A stretch of 64,000 nucleotides of DNA from Scyliorhinus canicula. Its lineage: Eukaryota. The DNA is taken from the NCBI RefSeq assembly GCF_902713615.1, contig NC_052161.1, positions 89,940,236-90,004,235 on the forward strand, given 5' to 3'. The notes under the pieces were generated by a model that made no database searches, was not told the DNA's origin, and saw only the letters and a program-made list of their open reading frames with translations. Positions 38,707-60,713 of the stretch are shown piece by piece (the stretch's first letter is position 1; every line of letters begins with the position of its first letter). The position numbers and the translations under genes are program-made.

Positions 38707-39704
38707 AGACAGAGAGAGAGAGAGGTTGAGACAGAGAGAGAGAGAGAAAGAGAGAGAGAGAGGGAGATCAAGACAGAGAGAGAGAGGTCGAGACAGAGTG
38801 AGTGACAGAGAGAGAGAGAGGGAGATCAAGACAGAGAGAGAGAGAGAGGTCAAGACAGAGAGAGTGACAGAGAGAGAGAGAGAGAGAGAGAGGGAGATCA
38901 AGACAGAGAGAGAGAGAGAGGTCAAGACAGAGGGTGACAGATTGAAACAGGGAGATCAAGACACAGAGAGAGGTCAAGACAGAGAGAGAGAGAGGATCAA
39001 GACAGAGAGAGAGAGAGTGACAGAGAGAGAAAGAGAGAGGGAGATCAAGAGATGGTGACAGAGAGAAAGAGAGCTAGAGAGAGTGACATAGAGAGAGAGG
39101 AACAACTAGACAGAGAGTGACAGAGAAAGAGAAGGGAGAGAGTGTGAGAGAGAGGGGAGAGATAAAGTGACAGAGAAGGGAGAGAGAGAATGACAGAGAG
39201 AATGACAGGGAGAGGGGAGAGAGAGAGTGGCAGAGGGGGGAAAGAGAAAGGAGAGAGAGAGAGAGTGACAGGAGAGAGAAAGGGGAGGGAGTGATGTGAG
39301 AGAGCGGAAAGAGAGAGAGTGACAGAAGAGAGTGTGACAGGAGAGAGGGGAGAGAGAGAGTGATTGGGAGAGAGTGAGAGAGGGGAGAGTGACACTAGGG
39401 AGGGGAGAGAAAGTGACAGGAGAGATAGAGGAGAGAGAGATGGTAGAGAGAAGGGAGAGAGAGAGAGAGGAGAGAGTGATGGGAGAGAGTGAGGCAGAGT
39501 TAGAATGGAGGAGTTTCCGTTCCCACTGAGGTTAGGGGAAATCTAATTGCGTGATTTTAGATGATTAAAGGATTTAATTTGATCAATAAGAATAAACTAT
39601 TACCTCTTAACCTGAATGGGGAGAGGGTGGAAAGAGGAAACTAGAACAATGGGGATAAAGAGTAAAATTTGAGATAAGGCTTGGGAATGTTTGATTGGGT
39701 CAGT

Positions 39705-39985
39705 GTAAAAGGAGATTTATTCTGTATCTCACCCCGTGCTGTAACTGTCCTGGGAGTGTTTGATGGGGACAGTGTAGATGGAGCTTTACTCTGTGTTTAA
39801 CCCCGTGCTGTACCTGTCCTGGGAGTGTTTGATGGGGACAGTGCAGCGAGAGCTTTATTCTGTATTTAACCCTGAGCTGTACCTGTCCTGGGAGTGTTTG
39901 ATGGGGACAGTGCAGCGAGAGCTTTATTCTGTATTTAACCCTGAGCTGTACCTGTCCTGAGAGTGTTTGATGGGGACAGGACAGA
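39705..39985 (+). repeat. 69-bp minisatellite, about 4 copies, just upstream of the AICDA promoter
   Basis: Same unit; 23-aa periodicity in the ORF track. Confidence 0.9.
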
Positions 39986-40004
39986 CAGAGTTTAAACTCT
40001 CTGT

Positions 40005-40124
40005 CGCCAATCAGGAGCGTGGCTGTGTATGTGTCAGTGTGGGAGGGAACACTCTCAGTCGCTGATTTGAGTTTGGTGCTTGAGCGTGGCAGAGTCAAAT
40101 CTGTAGAAGAACAGCAGTGAGTCA
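40005..40124 (+). promoter_or_regulatory. AICDA proximal promoter / 5' region
   Basis: Non-repetitive segment directly upstream of exon 1, with a CCAAT box (GCCAATCAG, CCAAT at 40007) and a perfect AP-1-type TGAGTCA (40118-40124). Confidence 0.45.
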
Positions 40125-40164
40125 TTCAGAGAGAGTGAGCGGGGAGACAGTCAGATTAAAACCA

Positions 40165-51788
<11,624 letters not shown>

Positions 51789-52144
51789 TCTCAGTGACCC
51801 TAATAACCCTTGGTGAACGGCTGCCTCCTCTCGCCAACCAACAATCAACTGACTGACCGCAGGAGAAAGCAGCCGCCCATTTCTCCACCTCCTCCGCCGG
51901 CCTCCTTTCAGGCCTCTTCAGAGCCCAGGCAAGGGGCTTGCATCACGCACGGCAACTACTTAGGCCCCAGGCTTGTCAGGACACCCCCAAACTCTACCAA
52001 AAACAGTTAGAGAGTGGAAAATCTGGTTTGCTTCAGTCACAACAAGATCAACCCTGGCTGCCCCACTCAGACCAGGCCGAGACTGAAGCATGGGACTTGC
52101 CATGATGTGTGCCTGAGTATCAAACACCAACTGGGAGCAGTACC

Positions 52145-52326
52145 AAGTCTTACAACACAAGGTTAAAGTCCAATTGGCTTGTTTGGAATTTCGGAGCGCA
52201 ACTCCTTCATCAGCATCGCTCCGAAAGCTAGTGATTCCAAAGCTAGTGGTTAAAGTGACTTTAACCTGCTGATGTAAGACTTATTACTGTGCCCACCCCA
52301 GTCCCATGCCAGCATCGTCACATCAT
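52145..52326. mobile_element. Degenerate copy of the same Penelope-like inverted fragment in the AICDA 3' UTR region
   Basis: Shares ttacaacac.aggttaaagtccaa...gactttaacctg...gtaagactt...actgtgc..accccagtc with the 38495 copy. Confidence 0.6.
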
Positions 52327-52372
52327 ACCAACTGGGAGGACATTCCACTCAAATTCAATTTTAAAAAGCATT

Positions 52373-52428
52373 AATAAAGCAAGACATATTCACCTGTACA
52401 GTCAAACCTTGTACTCCGGTTAAATAAA
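52373..52428 (+). terminator. Candidate AICDA polyadenylation signals
   Basis: AATAAA at 52373-52378 and 52423-52428, about 0.6 kb after the stop codon. Usage is untested. Confidence 0.45.
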
Positions 52429-52845
52429 ATACTTGAAACTAACTTTCTACATCAATTAATTTCAGGGAGTTTATAATGTCAAACGGACAGGAGCAAGTTG
52501 CATGCCGGAGTCTAATCGAGGGATTCGGGTGGTGTTTATATAGAATAATAGATACCAGAGTGTGAGTTCCACACTGGAATCTAATCGAGGATGTCTGGCT
52601 TTGGGCTCAGGACCACATGGTCCCTTGTTCTCACAGTAGGAAGGATTTCAGACACATTCGGATTTGCTCGGATTTTATTGTGATATTTGAGTGGGTGAAC
52701 AAGGGCTTTGGAGAGCGGGCCCCACACCAGGCTGGTCCAGGCAGTGATGACAGGTTGTAGGAGGTTCATGTCCTCATTCAGGCCCCTTAATTCCGTGCCA
52801 GGCCTGCTCCCCTTCTGTCCACATCCTGGTACAAACGCAAGGCAA

Positions 52846-52938
52846 TCAGAACCTCTTCTGGCCCCACACACTTGTGGCTGTCTGTCCTACAACAGCTCTG
52901 AACACGGGGAAATCCTCAGTGCTGCTGAGATCGGGAGC
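52846..52938 (-). CDS. HDLBP: Vigilin-like terminal coding exon
   Basis: ctttccttccacag|APDLSSTEDFPVFRAVVGQTATSVWGQKRF*, versus human APDMSSSEEFPSFGAQVAPKTLPWGPKR*. A - strand AATAAA lies at 52674-52679. Confidence 0.88.
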   Translation of the reverse strand, partial: APDLSSTEDFPVFRAVVGQTATSVWGQKRF

Positions 52939-52964
52939 CTGTGGAAGGAAAGAGAGAGGCTGAG

Positions 52965-54765
52965 AGATGGGTCAGTCCAGAGGGAGTGCCGCACTGTCAG
53001 AGGGCCAGTACTGAGGGAGTGCCGCACTGTTGGATACTCAGTTCTGAGGGAGTGCCGCACTGTCAGAGATTCAGTCCTGAGGGAGTGCCGCACTGTCAGA
53101 GGGTCAGCACTGAGGGAGTGCCGCACTGTCAGAGGGTCAGGACTGAGGGAGTTCCGCACTGTCAGAGGGTCAGTACTGAGGGAGTGCCGCACTGTCAGAG
53201 GGTCAGTACTGAGGGAGTGCCGCACTGTCAGAGGGTCTGTACTGAGGGAGTGTCTCACTGTCGGAGATTCAGTCCTGAGGGAGTGCCGCACTGTCAGAGG
53301 GTCTGTACTGAGGGAGTGTCTCACTGTCGGAGATTCAGTCCTGAGGGAGTGCCGGACTGTCGGAGATTCAGTCTTGAGGGAGTGCCGCACTGTCGGAGAT
53401 TCAGTCCTGAGGGAGTGCCGCACTGTTGGGGATTAAGTCCTGAGGGGGTGCCGCACTGTCGGAGATTCAGTCCTGAGGGAGTGCCGCACTGTCGGAGATT
53501 CAGTCCTGAGGGAGTGCCGCACTGTTGGGGATTAAGTCCTGAGGGGGTGCCGCACTGTCGGAGGGAGATTCAGTCCTGAGCGAGTGCCTCACTGTCGGGG
53601 ACTCAGTCCCGAGGGGGTGCTGCACTGTTGGGGATTAAGTCCTGAGGGGGTGCCGCACTGTCGGAGGGAGATTCAGTCCTGAGCGAGTGCCGCACTGTCG
53701 GAGATTCAGTCCTGAGAGAGTGCCGCACTGTCGGAGACTCAGTCCTGAGGGAGTGCCGCACTGTCGGAGATTCAGTCCTGAGGGAGTGCGGCACTGTCGG
53801 AGAGCCGCACTGTCAGAGATTCAGTCCTAAGGGAGTGCCGCACTGTCAGAGGGTCTGTACTGAGGGAGTGTCTCACTGTCGGAGATTCAGTCCTGAGGGA
53901 GTGCCGCACTGTCGGAGATTCAGTCCTTAGGGAGTGCCACACTGTCGGAGATTCAGTCCTGAGGGAGTGCCGCATTGTCGGAGATTCAGTCCTGAGGGAG
54001 TGCCGCACTGTCAGAGGGCCAGAACTGAGGGAGAGCTGCACTGTCAGAGGGTCAGTACTGAGGGAGTGCCTCACTGTCGGGGACTCAGTCCTGAGGGGGT
54101 GCTGCACTGTTGGGGATTAAGTCCTGAGGGGGTGCCGCACTGTCGGAGGGAGATTCAGTCCTGAGCGAGTGCCGCACTGTCGGAGATTCAGTCCTGAGGG
54201 AGTGCCGCACTGTCGGAGACTCAGTCCTGAGGGAGTGCCGCACTGTCGGAGATTCAGTCCTGAGGGAGTGCCGCACTGTCGGAGACTCAGTCCTGAGGGA
54301 GTGCCGCACTGTCGGAGATTCAGTCCTGAGGGAGTGCCGCACTGTCGGAGACTCAGTCCTGAGGGAGTGCCGCACTGTCGGAGATTCAGAACTGAGGGAG
54401 AGCTGCACTGTCAGAGGGTCAGTACTGAGGGAGAGCTGCACTGTCAGAGGGTCAGTACTGAGGGAGGATCGCAGGTCGGAGACTCAGACCTGAGGGAGGG
54501 TCGCACTGTCGGAGGGTCAATACTGAGGGAGCGCCGCACTGTCGGGGGATCTGTACTGAGGGAGTGCTGCACTGGCAGAGAGTCAGTACTGAGGCATTGC
54601 CGCACTGTCAGAGGGTCAGTCCTGAGGGAGTACCGCACTGTCGGAGGGTCAGTACTGAGTGAGTGCTGCACTGTCGGAGGGTCAGTACTGAGGGAGTACC
54701 GCACTGTCAGAGAGTCAGTACTGAGGCATTGCCGCACTGTCAGAGGGTCAGTATTGAGGGAGTTC
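52965..54765 (-). repeat. Same 33-bp minisatellite family, reverse orientation, in the last vigilin-like intron
   Basis: Reverse complement of the intron-1 unit, with GATTCAGTCCTGAGG variants. Confidence 0.93.
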
Positions 54766-54803
54766 CGCTCTGTAGCCTTCCCCCACCCTCTCCCCTCCCA
54801 TAC

Positions 54804-54920
54804 CTGCTGCTGGTCCCAGGGAGCGTCTCGGACGGTGAATCCTTGGTGGTCTGGTTTCTCCACACTGCAGGTGTCCGGAGTGGGCGGCGGGGCCTGGTCG
54901 ACCTCTGCGATGTCCAGGAG
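54804..54920 (-). CDS. HDLBP: Vigilin-like penultimate coding exon
   Basis: ccag|LLDIAEVDQAPPPTPDTCSVEKPDHQGFTVRDAPWDQQQ|gtatgg, phase 0/0. GFTVRDAPW matches vigilin GFVVRDAPW. Confidence 0.85.
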
Positions 54921-55305
54921 CTGGATTGGCGATTGATAGGACAGTAGTGAGGGGAAAGGAGAGGATGGAAAACGAGAGGCAGAGTGAGGAACCGAGCGAA
55001 GTGGAGACATTTGTCCGGAGCTCCTGGCATTACCAAGAGCGGCAGTAGTCAGTCAGAGGGTTGAGAAACAAACTGACCAATCCCACAATGACCCAGTAAC
55101 CCCAGACCCTGGCGTTCTTCAAACTACCCGGTCAACAAACCCGCGGAGGGCCGGCCTGGAGTCCTGAGGGAGGGGCTGGGGCCAGAGCCCCAAGGGAGGG
55201 GGGACAGGGTAGAGCCCCGACACGAAGCAGAAAAGCCCGAGGGCGACGGGGTGGTGAGGAAATCCACCATCAATCCCTCACATTCCTCCACCCGCCTGTA
55301 CTTAC

Positions 55306-55422
55306 ATATTCCTCCTCCAGATTGAGGAGATGGTCGACAGCCTCCTCGACATCATCAAGCAGTCCGGTTACAGTCACACATCTGTTATCCCCAGCGTCAG
55401 ACGGGGGGAATTGAATCTCTAC
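55306..55422 (-). CDS. HDLBP: Vigilin-like exon (end of last KH domain); acceptor lies at the edge of an N gap
   Basis: VEIQFPPSDAGDNRCVTVTGLLDDVEEAVDHLLNLEEEY|gtaagt, versus human vigilin VDIRFPQSGAPDPNCVTVTGLPENVEEAIDHILNLEEEY. 117 nt. Confidence 0.88.
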
Positions 55423-55651
55423 CNNNNNNNNNNNNNNNNNNNNNNNNNNNNNNNNNNNNNNNNNNNNNNNNNNNNNNNNNNNNNNNNNNNNNNNNNNNNN
55501 NNNNNNNNNNNNNNNNNNNNNNNNNNNNNNNNNNNNNNNNNNNNNNNNNNNNNNNNNNAGGCGGAGAGAGAGAGAGAGGCTGAGTGAGAGAGAGAGAGAG
55601 TGGGAGTGGAGAGGCGGAGTGAGAGAGAGAGAGGCTGAGAGAGAGAGAGGC

Positions 55652-55706
<55 letters not shown>

Positions 55707-57265
55707 CAGAGAGAGAGGGACGAAGTGAGAGAGAGAGAGACACGAAGTGAGAGAGGGAGAGACGAAGTGAGAGAGAGAGGCGGAGAGAGAGAGAGAGGCT
55801 GAGTGAGAGAGAGAGAGAGAGTGGGAGTGGAGAGGCGGAGTGAGAGAGAGAGAGGCTGAGAGAGAGAGACGGAGTGAGAGAGAGAGAGAGAGAGAGAGGC
55901 AAAGAGGTGGGGAGAGAGTGTGGTGAACCACTGTACATCTGTATTAGGGGATGTAAGGTAAGACTTGTACTACAGGTTCGCCGGTAGCCCCTGTCGGCTA
56001 GCTCCGCCCACTAGGATCTGTATAAATATGCGTGTCCTCCATTGATCTGCCATTTAGCCAGCTGCAGCAGGAGGCCACGCATCTGACTGCAATAAAGCCA
56101 AACTTGTACCCTGTAGCCATGCTGGCCACGCAAAATGGACACTGAGCCAAACTAAAATGGAAGGCTGCTGAGAAACAGACAGTTCAGCCAGAACAGCAGT
56201 CTGCAAAGAGCAGTTTGCATTCTGCAGCAGCAGAAACCAGTTTGGGCTCAGGTGCAGAGACCTTAGCTAGGTGCAAATGGCAAAACGCTTTGCATGCTAA
56301 TGAGGCCATCAGACTTGAACACCCACACAATAGATACATTTGGTTCTGAATGGACACATTCCAATCAAGACCCAGACATCGAGGCACCAGAAACCTCCGA
56401 ACAAAAGGACATAAGAAACGCCCCCTCCATCACGGAGACCCCCTCGCATTGGGGAATTAATCCAGTATCGATAAGAAATTGATCCAATAGGTAGAGCCCG
56501 CCCGAGAAGAGGGAAGGACAACGGAACCCCTATAAAAGATAGGGACCTCGTGTTGTCCGGTCTGTTAAACCTGTGCTCCGGTCCCGACTGACACCTGGTA
56601 TCCTGACTCCAGCCGTTGAGCACCAGCCGCCGAAACCGTAAGTTCAACGCTCGCTACGCGATCCAAGCCCACTAGACTCCCAAGTGCCAGAACGCTTGCT
56701 GAAGGCTGCAGACAAAACCAGGACGAAGGCCTCGTTCTCTGACCTTGCCTGTTCCTGTTAGATAAGTATTCTGTTTGCTTATGTTTAGTTGTAGCTTAGT
56801 CTCTTAGTGTGTGTGCATGAGTATTTATTATTAACTGTATAATAAATATTGATCGTTTGAACTTGACTAATCGGTGTATAGCTTTTATTCGTTTGAACCC
56901 TTGAGGACCAATAAACGCGTTTTACGCCCATAGTAAAACGTGCAACATTTAGTGGCGACTCTGATGGGACCCTGTTGTAAGTGGAAACACCACAGTGTCC
57001 AGGACCCTGAAATTTGAATTAGAACTCCAAATTGCAGAGAAAGAAAGAGATCACAAGTATTCAAGGTGTTCAAAATAATAAGCGAAATTCGGAAGTGTGT
57101 TTAGTGCATGCGTACTAACAGGGCTGTAAGGTAAAACTGAAAGCTTTTTGTTGCGACAAACTTTCGGTAGTTTTGTAATCGGAAAATAGCGTAAGCCGTA
57201 CCCTTTTCACGAAACACCACCCCAGCAACCCCCTGTTCCAAATTATAAAAAGAGAGTCAGAGGAA

Positions 57266-59314
57266 ATGGCCATGCAGGCAATGGAACGTCTGATGGATCC
57301 AGCAAAGTTTGTGGTCGCAGCGACCAGCAGCAGTAGCAGAGTAGGCCAGTGTCCCACGTGGGAGCTGGAACTCCGCAAATATTTACAAGGAAAGGGATGG
57401 CCCCTTTGGAAAGAGTTTTGTGCAAATGAGGAGACAGGTCCCGGAAGTATAGGTCATACTTGGTGGGAGAACCTCTCTCAGATACACAAAAAGAGTTTAA
57501 GTAAAGCACGCAAGCCGATGGCGATTGTGTCCTGCTTGGCACAGTTGCGAGGCGCAGAGGAGGTTATCAGGACGCTCCGGGCAGATTTAGAGGAAAGGAA
57601 CCGAATGAGTAAGGTCGATGTCAGGGACATCGAGAAAGAAAACCTGGATCTAAAAGGGAAGTTGGCAGAGAAGGGTAGAGAGGTGGATGATGCCAAGAGG
57701 GCTCACCAGTCTTGTCTAGCTCATCTGAACAGTTCCCAGACCCAGTATGAGAAAGCCTATCAGGACGTGCAACGTGCCGTTCTGATAAGACAGGAATCGG
57801 AAAAGCAGGTGGAGGCATTGCAGAGGCAATGCTCTGATCTCAAAGCAGCTTTGAGAGCACTCCACGCTGCAACGACCGAACAAAGACAAAGCACAGTTGA
57901 CCACGCGAAATGCAGAAAACAGATTGCGGAACTGCAATCTCTGCTTTCGGTGCAGAATGGCTTCCAAAGCACCTTTGGAGCTCAGTTAGATGGGGAAAAC
58001 GCCCCAGATTGGCAGGAATTAAGCGAGACAGCGCAGCGTTATGTTCAGGGAACATGTGCGCCCGCAGCTCAGCAGAAACGACAGGCACCCCAACCCCCCA
58101 CAGCTCAGATCATAACCGCACCCATGAATCCCGTAACCACACAGAGGAAAGCCGAATCAGAAGGCGCCCCAGACATAACTTACACCACCCCTTTAACAGT
58201 AACCCAGCTAAGGGACGCTTGTGAAAAGATCACTCCGTTCCTCCCCACCGCAGACCCCCACCAGTTCTTTGCGAAAGTAAAACAGCAGGCTACCATGTAC
58301 GGCCTGGATGAGAGAGAGCAGGTTAAGCTCACCGTGCTGAGCTTAGACCAGAGTGTAGTGGCAGCCCTCCCCGACCCACAAAACGTGGCAGGAGGCAGCC
58401 TAGAGGAGATGCACACTGCTATTTTAGATGCCATCGGGTACAATAGAGGTGACCCCGTAGAAGGATTGAATAAGTGCAGGCAGAAAAGATCCGAACACCC
58501 CACAGCATTCGCAGGAAGGCTGTGGATTCATTTCAGCGCAGTTTTTGGAGAGTTAAATAGAGCGCATTTAACCCGTGAAAACATGATTAAGTGGACGCGC
58601 ACAATAATCTCACACGCGACAGAGGCAGGACAGAATGTCTGCAGCAATTATGACCCCTCAGAGGAGGCCCATAATGAAAAATGGGTCTTGAAAAGATTGT
58701 CCCGCATTTGGCAGCAATCCGTCCACAATAAAACAGCATTTATAAATCCCGAAGAGCAGGCAGATGCAGACATGAATCCAGTTAAAACACATCAAAACCC
58801 CGCATGTGTAAATGAGGGAAGGAACAGCCCACAGCAGATCAAGTCAAAGGAATGTTTTAACTGTGGACAATTAGGACATTACGCTCGAGAATGTCAAGCC
58901 CCCCCGAAACAGCAACAGAATCAGCCCACCAATGCCCCCCGAAGCAGCAATGAAACCAACAGCCCAGACCCCCCTCTCAGGGAACAGTACACAAGGGAAC
59001 AATGCACCAGAGTGCCTGCTCCGCCTTATGTGCCTCAGGGGTCATGTTACAACTGTAGGCAGCCAGGACACTTCTCCCGAGATTGCAGGAGACACCCAGC
59101 ACCAGCTAGACCCGCCCCCAGATATGAAAGAGAACACCACCCACAGCAGCTACAAGGTCCCAGCTTCCCCATGCAAACTATGAGTGCTTACCCACCACTT
59201 CTCATGGCAGGGATACCTCAGCAATGCCAGTTCATTTTTGTTTCTCTCCTTCCCCTCTTCTTCGGTCACACTGCACTGGCTCCATATGCTAGTTACACCC
59301 CCAGCCAAATGTAA
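57266..59314 (+). CDS. gag: Gag polyprotein, intact, 682 aa
   Basis: Uninterrupted ORF after the PBS with a long predicted coiled coil, a capsid-like region and two CCHC knuckles (CFNCGQLGHYAREC, CYNCRQPGHFSRDC). Confidence 0.88.
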   Translation: MAMQAMERLMDPAKFVVAATSSSSRVGQCPTWELELRKYLQGKGWPLWKEFCANEETGPGSIGHTWWENLSQIHKKSLSKARKPMAIVSCLAQLRGAEEVIRTLRADLEERNRMSKVDVRDIEKENLDLKGKLAEKGREVDDAKRAHQSCLAHLNSSQTQYEKAYQDVQRAVLIRQESEKQVEALQRQCSDLKAALRALHAATTEQRQSTVDHAKCRKQIAELQSLLSVQNGFQSTFGAQLDGENAPDWQELSETAQRYVQGTCAPAAQQKRQAPQPPTAQIITAPMNPVTTQRKAESEGAPDITYTTPLTVTQLRDACEKITPFLPTADPHQFFAKVKQQATMYGLDEREQVKLTVLSLDQSVVAALPDPQNVAGGSLEEMHTAILDAIGYNRGDPVEGLNKCRQKRSEHPTAFAGRLWIHFSAVFGELNRAHLTRENMIKWTRTIISHATEAGQNVCSNYDPSEEAHNEKWVLKRLSRIWQQSVHNKTAFINPEEQADADMNPVKTHQNPACVNEGRNSPQQIKSKECFNCGQLGHYARECQAPPKQQQNQPTNAPRSSNETNSPDPPLREQYTREQCTRVPAPPYVPQGSCYNCRQPGHFSRDCRRHPAPARPAPRYEREHHPQQLQGPSFPMQTMSAYPPLLMAGIPQQCQFIFVSLLPLFFGHTALAPYASYTPSQM

Positions 59315-60359
59315 TTTACAGTATCCTTTGTTCTGATGGAACCTGTACGATATTCGTTGCATGTTTGTTTGTATGTGTTTGTTAAATGTTCAGTGTTTAA
59401 ATTTAAACAGCTTTTCACAGACCCACGCCACCACTGATGGAACCTGCACGTATGTTTGTCTTCGTTTTATGTTTGTTTGTTTTCAGGAATGTAAATGTTT
59501 CAGTTGGAGGATGGACATCTTCTTTTCAGCTGAAAAGATTGTGACCACCTCACATACACGTTAGCTTGTCTGCCGAAACTTTTGAGAACTTCGGTTTGAT
59601 TGGAGATCCTTTCCAAAGTTGTAAGGCCACACGCCAAATAGCTTGTCCGCAGATATTTCTGAGAACTTCAGTTGTATCCTCTGGTGAACCGACACGGTTC
59701 ACGACTTGTTCCCTGTTTTCAGAACGGAGCATCTTGGCTCCCTTGGTTTTTTAGGTGCCCCTCTATTCGGCGAAATAGAGGCTGCAAGTCATGGTCAACA
59801 CATTCGTACCCGTTTCTTTCCAGGTTACTCAGGCAGTGGACAAACGGCACTGAGGACCCGCCCTGTCTGAGAACCAACCCTTGGTCAGCCAAGCTCGGGT
59901 ATGGCACAGCACGCCCTACCCGGGGATTCCATCCAACTCATACCCGTAGCGGCCCATACGCAACTCATTCGGATGTTTATTTCCAAGTTTGTTTTTCATT
60001 TTACGTTAGGTAGCCCTTCGGCCACCATCCCACATGCTATTTACATCCGGAAACATTCGGATGGTAAATCAGCAATGCCTGCGAGACGGCTCGCAGAAGG
60101 AAGGATTGTTAGGTGTATGCTGGTCTTTAAATTCGCTTTTTGAAAAAAAAATGAGGGGAGTCACAGGGTGTGACTTAGCCAGTCATTTTAAAGGGTCAAT
60201 TGGGATTTGAAAGACAGATGCACTAACAAGTAAAGGTCTTAAACTGTGTATTGACAGATACTGTGCTTGATCCCAAAGGTTTCAAAGGACGAGACAGAGG
60301 TCGAAGCCAGGATTGTCAATACCGGAGGAAGAAGGAAGAGAAAGAAGAAGAACAGCAAA

Positions 60360-60713
60360 ATGATGGAAGCCCACTTATTACTATTTAATGTCATATGTAT
60401 ATGTGTGGAAACAAGACACGTTTCCCCCACAACCCCCACCGTAAATGTTAGTACAGCAAACCCCCAGTGCTCAGCTCTGATCAGCGAGGTTCAGACCTGG
60501 TGTACTAAATTCATGACGTGGTACTCCATGTCCTACATAATCGAATCACTGTTGGTGATTGCGATCCTCACCATCCTAGTGCAGACCCTCAGGTTGAGGA
60601 AATGGAAGAGGAGAGCCTCTCGTTCCAGCACCTCACCCATCTATAGAGTGCAATCCCCCATCTTCGGATTCCACCAAACCCCTCAACCCCTCACTGATTA
60701 CAACACTCTGTAA
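60360..60713 (+). CDS. Small predicted membrane protein (117 aa from ATG) inside the LTR element
   Basis: Hydrophobic N-terminus LLLFNVICICV, NVS sequon, TM-like YIIESLLVIAILTILVQTL, polybasic RLRKWKRR and C-terminal YNTL. Confidence 0.55.
   Translation: MMEAHLLLFNVICICVETRHVSPTTPTVNVSTANPQCSALISEVQTWCTKFMTWYSMSYIIESLLVIAILTILVQTLRLRKWKRRASRSSTSPIYRVQSPIFGFHQTPQPLTDYNTL

Larger units (their letters stand above)
35815..39490. repeat. GA-rich satellite (GAGATCGAGACAGGGA-type and (GA)n) with an N gap
   Basis: Directly visible low-complexity tandem sequence. Confidence 0.92.

Noticed and set aside
1-40000. Expected AICDA neighbours (MFAP5, NECAP1, NANOG, RIMKLB)
   Set aside because: I found no segment matching these proteins by eye. 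N gaps could hide small exons.
56184-56647. Duplicated small ORFs at 56184-56647 and 61112-61575
   Set aside because: They are duplicated only because they lie in the LTR U3/R, and show no coding signal.
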